Positions 28,553 to 36,773 of a DNA stretch of 60,365 bases are shown piece after piece. Position 1 is the first letter of the stretch; every line of letters begins with the position of its first letter. The notes beneath the pieces are model-generated. The model saw only the letters and a program-made list of their open reading frames with translations, did not search any database and was not told the DNA's origin. The DNA comes from a virus (taxonomy: Duplodnaviria; Caudoviricetes). Location: the IMG/VR virus record IMGVR_UViG_3300050138_000232, positions 1-60,365 of that record. One strand, given 5' to 3'. A program made the translations under genes and the position numbers.

Positions 28553-30741
28553 TGGTTAACTCCTTCGCGCAATTTGACGACGCTCCTGCCGCGTCTAAAG
28601 AGAATTCATTTGCCAAGTTTGACAAGGTGGATACTAAAGAAGCCGCTCCAGAATCTAAAGAAGACGACATGTCGTATGGAGCCGGAACTGGCTACACGAG
28701 AGGCGGATTACCGTTTAAATCAACTCAAGAGCCGCTTTCTCCACAGCACTTCCTCGATGCGACGATGGCTATTCCTTCCATAGGAGCCGAAGCCGGAGTG
28801 TTGAAAGGAGCGACTGCGCTGGAAAATATCGCTACTCGTGCTTCTCCCAAAGTTGCTCAGACTATGGCAGAAGGAAAAGTTATTCCGAAAATAGCAACGG
28901 TAGGTAAAGCTGCGACAGCTGGCGGTGTCGGAGGCGGAGTGTACGGTGCCGGAACCGGACGCGATATAGAGGGAAGTGCAGCAATCGGAGCGGGCGGTGC
29001 TCTTGCAGGAGAGGGCGCAGGCTACGTATTTTCTAAAGGCTACAGTGCCGCGAAGAATTATTTAAACAGAAATTTACCGGAGCACGCTAACAACGAGGCT
29101 GTAAGTAAAATACTTGATCGCTTTGATAAGGACGTGAAAGGCGGAGGAGTATCAGCAGAACAAGCTCTAAAACTGATCGATGAAGCCAGGAAGACAGGTA
29201 AACAGTTAATACTTCCTGACGTCGCTGGCGCCAATGTAAAAGGTATCGCCGGATCAGTCGCTCGTGTTCCCGGTCCTGGAAAAGAAATGGCGCAAGGATT
29301 TCTGAATAAGCGTGATGCTCTAGCTTCCAAGCGTATGTTGGACGATACCAACAAATATCTTTCAACAGAATCAGGTAAGAAGACGACGCAAGCGTTGGCT
29401 GAAATACGCTCGGCTGAAGGCAAGCCGTTATTTGAGGAAGCTTACGCTGGAGGTTCGATGGCGCCTTTAGAGACTCAATTCGAGAAAGAATTTCAGGAAG
29501 TAGCCAGTAAAACCTCTGATGTTGAGAAAGAGATTAGTAAAGTTTCTCCAAGAGTTACCACGGCGACGGCGAAATTGTCTCAAGCAAAAGACATATACCA
29601 GCAACAGGCGGCTAAAAAAGAACTCGAAACGGTTCAAAAGGAACTGTCGGATAAGCGAGCTCAATTAGCTCAGGCGAAAATGGCAGAAGCTAAATCGCAT
29701 GAAATGCTGCAACGTGCACAAGCTGACCGTACCGCTTCAGCGCCGGGGGCGATATGGAATCCCCGTATTCAAAGACTCCTTGAGTTGCCGATCGTGAGAA
29801 AAGGCATAAATCAAGGTATAAAACTTGAAAAGCAGAACGCAGCGGCAGAAGGTCGAGCGTTTAATGCAAGTGAATATGCAATAATCGGAGAAGATAAAGC
29901 CGGAGATCCCATTGTTGGAACTGTTCCAAACATGCGTCTTCTGGCTTCAGCTAAAGAAGGGCTCGATGGTCTTCTCGAAGGTAAAGAAATGCGTGACGAG
30001 CTTACTGGTCGTCTCACCAAAGAAGGAGTCTCGGTCGATAAAGTGCGCAGAGCGCTTTTAGAACAGTTAAAAACGGAAAATCCAGCTTACGCTAAAGCTT
30101 TGGAATCATGGGCTGGCCACAGCCAGAGTATGCAGGCAGTTCGATACGGGCGGAAAGCTTTTTCTTACGCTCCGGAGGATATAGCGGAAGAAGTAGCAAA
30201 CATGACTCCGGCTGAGAGAGAATTTGCAAAAATCGGTATTGCTGACACAATTCGTGAAAAAATAATGCGTACTGGCATTGCGGGAGACGAAGCCAAAGCC
30301 GTTATAAATAACGAGTGGACTAAATCCCAATTGAGACCGTTTTTTAACAGCGACGCGGAATTTAATAGTTATATCAAGTCAGTAACTGATGAACGACAGA
30401 TGTTTAATACTAAAGCTAAGCTTGTCGGGAATTCGGCTACTGCCGAACGAGTCGCTGAAGACAGCGAGAACCGAGTTCCGGAGATGCTCGGCATCGGCGC
30501 TAACGTTGTCCGAGGGAATTTCGGCACGGCTCTTAAAGGTGTGATAAAAGCCGCCCAGGACGCAAAATGGAAGAACGAACGGTTAAATGAAGCGGCGGCT
30601 CGCATTCTGTTTGACCCGAACATAACCTTAGATGCTCTGAAACAGCCTCTCGGGAAAGAACCTGTAAAAGGTGCTTTAAGAAAGTCAGCGCCGTTGATCG
30701 GCACTGGGGCGTCTGAAAACATGATAAATTCCGACCAATAA
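28549..30741 (+). CDS. Large internal virion / DNA ejection protein
   Basis: N.FA.FD N-terminal repeats, glycine-zipper segment, GNSATAER motif. Confidence 0.65.
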   Translation: MMVNSFAQFDDAPAASKENSFAKFDKVDTKEAAPESKEDDMSYGAGTGYTRGGLPFKSTQEPLSPQHFLDATMAIPSIGAEAGVLKGATALENIATRASPKVAQTMAEGKVIPKIATVGKAATAGGVGGGVYGAGTGRDIEGSAAIGAGGALAGEGAGYVFSKGYSAAKNYLNRNLPEHANNEAVSKILDRFDKDVKGGGVSAEQALKLIDEARKTGKQLILPDVAGANVKGIAGSVARVPGPGKEMAQGFLNKRDALASKRMLDDTNKYLSTESGKKTTQALAEIRSAEGKPLFEEAYAGGSMAPLETQFEKEFQEVASKTSDVEKEISKVSPRVTTATAKLSQAKDIYQQQAAKKELETVQKELSDKRAQLAQAKMAEAKSHEMLQRAQADRTASAPGAIWNPRIQRLLELPIVRKGINQGIKLEKQNAAAEGRAFNASEYAIIGEDKAGDPIVGTVPNMRLLASAKEGLDGLLEGKEMRDELTGRLTKEGVSVDKVRRALLEQLKTENPAYAKALESWAGHSQSMQAVRYGRKAFSYAPEDIAEEVANMTPAEREFAKIGIADTIREKIMRTGIAGDEAKAVINNEWTKSQLRPFFNSDAEFNSYIKSVTDERQMFNTKAKLVGNSATAERVAEDSENRVPEMLGIGANVVRGNFGTALKGVIKAAQDAKWKNERLNEAAARILFDPNITLDALKQPLGKEPVKGALRKSAPLIGTGASENMINSDQ

Positions 30742-30745
30742 CTCC

Positions 30746-30775
30746 TTGCCTCCAACTACCCCGTCGTGGTAAATT
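30746..30775 (+). promoter_or_regulatory. Promoter TTGCCT-18-TAAATT with Box A (30754..30774)
   Basis: Extended TG; ATG 30782 is 7 nt after the -10, no SD. Confidence 0.72.
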
Positions 30776-30781
30776 CTTGTC

Positions 30782-31522
30782 ATGACAGGAACCGTAGATC
30801 TATCTCCTTACAACCTTCTAATCGCCACCCCTATGGGAGACGGTCGACCAGAAGACGCTTATAATGTTTCTCTTGATAATACAAAGCAGTTGATACGTCA
30901 GCACGGCGGGACGGTTAATAATTTCAAAACCAAATACGTGTCGGATATTTACCTCGCCCGAGCCAAGCTTTTCAGCTTCTTTTTACGTCAGAAAGAAGCA
31001 ACTCACATGATTATGATCGACGCTGATCAGGATTGGACCCCGGAAGACGTCGTGTGGATGCTTCTTTTGCAACGAGACTTCCTTGCTGCAGTTTCCTGTA
31101 AAAAGGTCTATCCGTTAGAGTTTGCGTACAATATGAGGGGCGACAATGGTAAAATAGGGCTATTATACCATGAATTAGAGACAAATATCGCTGAAATGCC
31201 CTATGTCGGGGCTGCTTTTTTGATGATTTCTCGCAAATGTGCTGAAAAAATGGCAGAATCGTACCCGGAACTTGAATATTACAACCCTGACGGTGATACG
31301 GAATATGCCGTTTTTGACCCTATTATCCTCAAAAACGACGGCCAGAAGCGCCGATTGTCGGAGGATTACGCCTTTTGTAAGAGGTGGCGCGATATCGGAG
31401 GTAAGGTTGAAGTAAAGATGGATGTCAATTTGGGACATACCGGCTCGCATCGCTTCTCAGGCACTCTTTTAGAATTTTTCGTAAATAACGAAAAAAGCTT
31501 CTCGGACCTGAAGAATGGCTAA
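30782..31522 (+). CDS. GT-A fold glycosyltransferase
   Basis: IATP, AR, TH...IDAD (DxD), GAAFLMISR, LSEDYAFC.RWR..GG, L.H.G. Confidence 0.85.
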   Translation: MTGTVDLSPYNLLIATPMGDGRPEDAYNVSLDNTKQLIRQHGGTVNNFKTKYVSDIYLARAKLFSFFLRQKEATHMIMIDADQDWTPEDVVWMLLLQRDFLAAVSCKKVYPLEFAYNMRGDNGKIGLLYHELETNIAEMPYVGAAFLMISRKCAEKMAESYPELEYYNPDGDTEYAVFDPIILKNDGQKRRLSEDYAFCKRWRDIGGKVEVKMDVNLGHTGSHRFSGTLLEFFVNNEKSFSDLKNG

Positions 31523-31862
31523 AAAGCGCGATAAAAACATGGAGATGGCTCTTCGATTCCGCGACCATTTGCTTTGGGAATTGATGGGTGATAATATGGG
31601 AACGAAGCCTGAACACCCTGTTCCTGCCAATACAGCCACCTTTGCTGAGAAAAAGGGATTGCTGTCTGAAATGGTGAAACTTGCTGAATTATCAAGAAAA
31701 AGTTCATCTGAAGACGAAACTGAAAGCGGTTTGGATTTAATCAAAAGGAGTTTGAAAGATGGCAGTGGAACGGGTAGGGGTCGAGGAAATTCTAGGCGAG
31801 CCAAAAGTAGTGCAGATGAGCCAGGAGAAGACGGAAGCGGCGACGAGTCCGAAGAATCCTAA
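31515..31862 (+). CDS. Hypothetical protein
   Basis: Overlaps neighbours; charged. Confidence 0.6.
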   Translation: MAKKRDKNMEMALRFRDHLLWELMGDNMGTKPEHPVPANTATFAEKKGLLSEMVKLAELSRKSSSEDETESGLDLIKRSLKDGSGTGRGRGNSRRAKSSADEPGEDGSGDESEES

Positions 31863-32085
31863 CATTGAGGCTGAATATAGCGCTATCCTCGCTATGTTTA
31901 AAGTCGCGGCGCGGGTATTGGCGATTCGGTTTTTCTTGTTTCTTTCACTCATCGGGTCGTTTATATTATCAATCATCGCGACGAACAACTCGGCTATACA
32001 AAGTGCTTACATTCTAGTACTATATGCGATGGTAACAACGTTGCCTTTGACCGTTTTAGAATGGAGAGGGCGAAAAGGAGGCTGA
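31759..32085 (+). CDS. Two-TM membrane protein
   Basis: SD AAGGAG; two hydrophobic segments, basic tail. Confidence 0.7.
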   Translation: MAVERVGVEEILGEPKVVQMSQEKTEAATSPKNPNIEAEYSAILAMFKVAARVLAIRFFLFLSLIGSFILSIIATNNSAIQSAYILVLYAMVTTLPLTVLEWRGRKGG

Positions 32086-32169
32086 TTGTCGTATAAACGC
32101 TTAATTAATGCGTTTAAAAAAATAGCGACAGTCTTTCCGATCAAACTACCACGTAGGGGTAGCGAATGA
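32086..32169 (+). CDS. Possible 27-aa basic peptide (MSYKRLINAFKKIATVFPIKLPRRGSE)
   Basis: AGGAGG SD before TTG; ATGA overlap with next gene. Confidence 0.35.
   Translation: MSYKRLINAFKKIATVFPIKLPRRGSE
32144..32164. promoter_or_regulatory. Box A copy overlapping SD region of first fibre gene
   Basis: AACTACCACGTAGGGGTAGCG. Confidence 0.6.
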
Positions 32170-32747
32170 GCGCCCCGTCGTTATCAACATATCAAAACGG
32201 CTCTGGGCAGGTGTCTTCCGATAACCTGAATACTTTCTGTCAAACCTGCGACACGATCGCTCAGCTTCGCGCATTCACAGGTATCGTCGGAATTCAGGTT
32301 TACGTCCGAGGATTTTCCGCTGTAAACGATGGCGGGCAGGGAAATTTCTACTGGAATATCGCTGGAAGCCAAGTCGATAACGGGACGACAGTTATCGTGC
32401 CGTCAAGCGCTGCAACGGGCGCCTGGAACCGGCTGAATTTCGACTCAATACCTCAAATCGTTTACACCGAATCGGCTCCGACAGCAGGATTTTCAATAAC
32501 TATTCCTAATAGCATCGGTGCATACATCATAAAACCTGCAGGTACTCTCGCCACAGGTACTTTTATCATGCCTTCAACTCCTTATGACGGTCAAATATTG
32601 AGGGTATCTTCTAGCCAGATCGTCACTACGCTGACCGTTAACGCGAACGCAGGGCAGACGATATTCGGAGCTCCGACAACGATAAGTTCGACTGTCCCGT
32701 TTGGATATATTTACCGTTTAGCCGATACTTCATGGTATCGCGTATGA
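32166..32747 (+). CDS. Tail fibre/spike-like protein 1
   Basis: TIAQLR...V.G.....DGGQG.FYW....DNG...IVP...G.W.R attachment-type domain. Confidence 0.7.
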   Translation: MSAPSLSTYQNGSGQVSSDNLNTFCQTCDTIAQLRAFTGIVGIQVYVRGFSAVNDGGQGNFYWNIAGSQVDNGTTVIVPSSAATGAWNRLNFDSIPQIVYTESAPTAGFSITIPNSIGAYIIKPAGTLATGTFIMPSTPYDGQILRVSSSQIVTTLTVNANAGQTIFGAPTTISSTVPFGYIYRLADTSWYRV

Positions 32748-33781
32748 GTGCGCCAGCATTGACAGCCTATGCAAGCGGGTCCGGGCAAGTGTCTGGAGAC
32801 CAACTCAACACTATGGTCCAGAATTCGACCAACGTGGTGAATCTGCGTACCTTTACCGGCGTGCTCAATATGGTCGTTTATCTACAAGGAACGACGACGT
32901 CAGGGGACGGTGGTCAAGGGTTGTTCTACTGGAATTCAGCCGGAACCGGTCCAGATGACAACGGCACCACCTCAGTGGTTCCCACTGGTGCGACAACGGG
33001 CTGCTGGACGCGAATAAGCAACGTTGCAGGAACCTTGGCCTCAATAGCGAACTTGTCGTTACTCGCTAATATTTCAGGAGGATCAGCTGCTCCGATAGCG
33101 AATACTCTAAGCGCTATTCTTGACGCTACGATGGGATCTACGCAAGGATCGCTCCTTGTACGTGGAGCAAGTCTATGGGCACCATACACGGCAGGAACGG
33201 CGGCGACCGTGTTAACTTCGAACGGGGCTGGAACGAATCCGACATGGCAAGCTCCTGCTGTCGGGACTGGCGCAATGACGTTGCTTTCTACACAAGCTAT
33301 TTCTTCAGTTGCAAGTGTTAGTGAATTAGCGCTCGCCGGTGGATATACCCATTATATTTGGGAGATAAGTAATTTAGTATCTGCTACAAATAATGTTGAC
33401 GCTTATTTTACCGTTCAGCAAGGGGGTGTATTTGTCGGAGGAACTGCATATTATTCGGCCAGTGTCAGATCTACTGGAGCGGCAATTTCCGCGACTCAAG
33501 ATAATGGTGCTGCTAAATTCATAGTTACAGGCTCTTTTGCCGGTATCAATAATGTAGGTACATCTCCCTCTGTATTAAGAATAGAATTCTGGCAACCGTC
33601 TGTGGCTTCTATATTAAATGTCATATTCGATACGATGATGAACAACGGTACAACAGATGTCCCATTATATGTGAGTGGAGGCGGCTATGTTAATGCAAAT
33701 ATTGCAACGACTGGTATAAAACTTGTCATGTCGGCAGGTAACATAACCTCCGCGACTTGCAAACTATACGGAGTAAGCTGA
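32744..33781 (+). CDS. Tail fibre protein 2 (N-terminus paralogous to fibre 1)
   Basis: Shared MSAP.L..Y..GSGQVS.D.LNT and DGGQG.FYW; VLTSNG.G..P.W fibre repeat. Confidence 0.75.
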   Translation: MSAPALTAYASGSGQVSGDQLNTMVQNSTNVVNLRTFTGVLNMVVYLQGTTTSGDGGQGLFYWNSAGTGPDDNGTTSVVPTGATTGCWTRISNVAGTLASIANLSLLANISGGSAAPIANTLSAILDATMGSTQGSLLVRGASLWAPYTAGTAATVLTSNGAGTNPTWQAPAVGTGAMTLLSTQAISSVASVSELALAGGYTHYIWEISNLVSATNNVDAYFTVQQGGVFVGGTAYYSASVRSTGAAISATQDNGAAKFIVTGSFAGINNVGTSPSVLRIEFWQPSVASILNVIFDTMMNNGTTDVPLYVSGGGYVNANIATTGIKLVMSAGNITSATCKLYGVS

Positions 33782-34068
33782 TGGGAGATACGAAATCAGT
33801 CAATGGAATTCTAGTCCCTCTCACAGATGAGGAACAGACGGAACACGACGCTCGTGCAGCGCAGTGGCCGACGATTCAAATGGCTGAGACTCAGGTTAAG
33901 AACGCAAAAGCAGCTCTGCTGACAAGTGATGTCACTGTATGGCGATGCTGCGAAGGTCAAGTTCCGGTACCGGTCGAATGGGCTGCTTACCGTCAAGCAC
34001 TACGGGCTATTGTTAAAAGCGGTGGGGGTGCCCTCCCTGCGAAACCAGATTATCCAAAAGGAACATAG
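33781..34068 (+). CDS. Tail fibre assembly chaperone-like protein
   Basis: L..SD...W..YRQALR.I....P..P motif. Confidence 0.75.
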   Translation: MGDTKSVNGILVPLTDEEQTEHDARAAQWPTIQMAETQVKNAKAALLTSDVTVWRCCEGQVPVPVEWAAYRQALRAIVKSGGGALPAKPDYPKGT

Positions 34069-34071
34069 ATT

Positions 34072-34713
34072 ATGGCAGCTTTAGTCGGGTATACAGGACA
34101 AGCAAACGCTAACCGCGTTTTTACTGCTTCAGGAGCAATCGCTTCGGGCGGTACAGCGCAGATATTGCTTCCTGTGGCAATATCCAGGAGCTCCCTGATC
34201 ATTCAGAATATAACCCAGACGGCAGGGCATAATATATTCATTACGATCGGAGCCCCTCCTGCAACATGTACGCTTTCGAGCGGAACCGTAAACACCGTGA
34301 CCGCCGGTAATGCTGGCGCCGGTTACAGCCGTCCGCCGCAGGTGTTTTTCTTCGGAGGTCTGTTGGCCAACAGAGCGTCAGCTCCTGCGCTGACCTTAGC
34401 GGGACTTCCTGATTACCCGTCTCCTCCTAATCCGGCGCAGGCGCATTGCGTCATGACTGGTTCGGCCCCGAATCAGACGATCGCTTCCATTGCTATTGAT
34501 AATCCCGGTTCAGGCTACGCGTATCCTCCTTATGTCCTGCTTATTAACGATCCGCTTGATCCTTACGGATATTCAGTCCCGTCAGCGACAAACGGCATTC
34601 AGTTAGCACCAGCCGGAGGTAGCTATACGAGCAACGGCTCTGTCTGCCCGACCGATCAGATTGCTATATTCAGCGCTGCCACTGACGCTTTCACATGCTA
34701 TTACACTTTATAA
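34072..34713 (+). CDS. Gly/Ala/Pro-rich virion protein
   Basis: N.G.GY..PP.V repeats as in 19004 and 21665. Confidence 0.65.
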   Translation: MAALVGYTGQANANRVFTASGAIASGGTAQILLPVAISRSSLIIQNITQTAGHNIFITIGAPPATCTLSSGTVNTVTAGNAGAGYSRPPQVFFFGGLLANRASAPALTLAGLPDYPSPPNPAQAHCVMTGSAPNQTIASIAIDNPGSGYAYPPYVLLINDPLDPYGYSVPSATNGIQLAPAGGSYTSNGSVCPTDQIAIFSAATDAFTCYYTL

Positions 34714-34725
34714 TCAGGAGCATAT

Positions 34726-35298
34726 ATGACTATAAACAACCCTCCCGCTCTTAACGAAGCCGATTCGGCTCTGAAGTTCGTCACGTTGTTTCAGAAGCTG
34801 ATGGATCCCGTGCAGCGCAAAACAATCGCGGACGATATTACAGCGTTCCACGCTCTTAACGACACGGAAGCTAAGAAAGCTGCTGACGCTCGTGATCTTA
34901 TAAAGAAGCACACGGAGATTCTTAATGATACTAAGAGAATTTCTGAACAAAACGCTAAAGATCGTAAAGATCTTGAGCAAGACAAAGTCGCGCATAACGC
35001 GGCTGTTGATGCTGCTAATCAGAAATTAACGTCAGACAGAAATCTTCTGGTTGATGAACGGGCAAAGGCAAAGAAAATCGCAGACGAGGGTGAGCTCGCC
35101 ATGAGCCTTGCGTTGCAAAAAGAAAATGAGTTGAAGATTACCAAGAGTGATCACGAATCTGAAGTCGCTAAGTTAAATAAAGACAAGCAAGACCTCGCCG
35201 ACGAAAAGAAGAAGATAGACGAGTATAAGAAGCAGGTGATTGCTCTGGATGAAGAAACGAAAGCGAAAGTGGCAAAACTTAAGCAGTTTAATTTTTAA
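34726..35298 (+). CDS. Coiled-coil protein
   Basis: SD AGGAG; heptad-like K/E/A/D composition. Confidence 0.7.
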   Translation: MTINNPPALNEADSALKFVTLFQKLMDPVQRKTIADDITAFHALNDTEAKKAADARDLIKKHTEILNDTKRISEQNAKDRKDLEQDKVAHNAAVDAANQKLTSDRNLLVDERAKAKKIADEGELAMSLALQKENELKITKSDHESEVAKLNKDKQDLADEKKKIDEYKKQVIALDEETKAKVAKLKQFNF

Positions 35299-35304
35299 TA
35301 TGAT

Positions 35305-35493
35305 ATGGGAATCAATAATCCAGGGACAAGCGCTGTCAACGAACGAGTTACCGCTCCTGGAAGTAACAGTCTCTGCAACGGCGTAGACGTATTCACAGCG
35401 GCTAGTGGTGGAGGCGGTAATTTCTATATAACTGAGAGTGGCGATTTCTATGTTACTGAAGACGGTTTAGACAATTATGTAACAGAGTCGTAA
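35305..35493 (+). CDS. Small virion-associated protein (..TESGD..VTEDG...VTES)
   Basis: Acidic TE.G repeats often seen before fibre genes. Confidence 0.6.
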   Translation: MGINNPGTSAVNERVTAPGSNSLCNGVDVFTAASGGGGNFYITESGDFYVTEDGLDNYVTES

Positions 35494-35494
35494 C

Positions 35495-36622
35495 ATGGCT
35501 AATGTAAAACTAAGTCAAATAGCCTCTGGAGGTGCGATCGTTATCGCAACCGACCAGGTCATCGGTGTTCGCAGTGGAACGACAGATGTACAACTCACGC
35601 TTGGCACTATCGCCTCGCAAGCTGTTGCCATGAGCGGAGATCTGACAGGGAATTACCCGAGCCCGACGATAGCTAAAATCCAAGGAATAGCGATAACGGG
35701 CACCACAGGGACGGGTAACGTTGTTCTTGACACGTCACCGGTCCTTGTAACTCCAGCTCTCGGCACACCATCCTCCGGTGTTGCTACCAATCTCACAGGC
35801 ACGGCTTCGGGACTTACTGCAGGGAACGTAACAACGAATGCAAATTTGACGGGCGCGATTACTTCTTCAGGTAACGCTACATCGTTAGGTTCTTTTAGCT
35901 CGGCTAATTTACTAGCAGCGTTAACTGATGAAACTGGAACCGGCGCGGCTGTATTCGCAACATCTCCTACGCTTGTAACACCATTGCTTGGTACGCCAAC
36001 ATCAGGCGTTATGACGAATGTAACTGGAACAGCGTCTGGTCTTACTTCCGGTATTACACTCGCTCTGAAATCAGCGACTACTACAGTTGATGTGTCGGCA
36101 GCAACTGCTCCTACATCTGGTCAGGTATTGACCGCCACCAGTGGAACGGCAGCTACATGGCAGACTGTAAGTGGAACTGGTACAGTGACGAGCATAATTG
36201 CAGGAACCGGATTGACTGGTGGAACCATAACGACCACCGGGACGATTGCTATAGACTCGACTGTCACCACTCTCAGTGGAGCGCAGACTCTCACCAATAA
36301 ACGTATAACTAAACGTGTATTGGCACTCTCGGCAAATTCAGCAACTCCAGCTATCAACACAGATTCTTTTGATGTAGTGCATATTACAGCGCAAACCGCC
36401 GCTATCACGTCATTTACCAGTAGTCTTACCGGAACACCTGTTGATGGTGACACCTTACGAATATCAGTTACTGGTACAGGTTCAGTCGGACTTACATTTG
36501 GGACTTCATTCGAGGCTAGCACGGTGTCGCTTCCGACAACAACTGTTTCAACGACAAGACTTGATATAGGTTTCTTCTGGAATACAGAAACAACCAAATG
36601 GCGCTGTGTAGCATCGGCTTAA
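35495..36622 (+). CDS. Thr/Gly/Ser-rich tail fibre-like protein
   Basis: MANVKLSQ start; duplicated TSP.LVTP.LGTP.SGV.TN.TGTASGLT; QTLTNK; W.CVA end. Confidence 0.75.
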   Translation: MANVKLSQIASGGAIVIATDQVIGVRSGTTDVQLTLGTIASQAVAMSGDLTGNYPSPTIAKIQGIAITGTTGTGNVVLDTSPVLVTPALGTPSSGVATNLTGTASGLTAGNVTTNANLTGAITSSGNATSLGSFSSANLLAALTDETGTGAAVFATSPTLVTPLLGTPTSGVMTNVTGTASGLTSGITLALKSATTTVDVSAATAPTSGQVLTATSGTAATWQTVSGTGTVTSIIAGTGLTGGTITTTGTIAIDSTVTTLSGAQTLTNKRITKRVLALSANSATPAINTDSFDVVHITAQTAAITSFTSSLTGTPVDGDTLRISVTGTGSVGLTFGTSFEASTVSLPTTTVSTTRLDIGFFWNTETTKWRCVASA

Positions 36623-36635
36623 TAAAGGATAGTGT

Positions 36636-36773
36636 ATGCGCATATTTACAATTGTTATAGAAGTTCCTGATATGACCTTGGAAGATGATGTATTCCAAAG
36701 TGAAATTCAGACTATCATTGATAGTATTACTCCAAATACTCGTGTAGCTTCAACCACACATGTTGATGAATAA
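36636..36773 (+). CDS. Small acidic hypothetical protein (45 aa)
   Basis: SD AAGGA; TAATG coupling to next gene. Confidence 0.55.
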   Translation: MRIFTIVIEVPDMTLEDDVFQSEIQTIIDSITPNTRVASTTHVDE

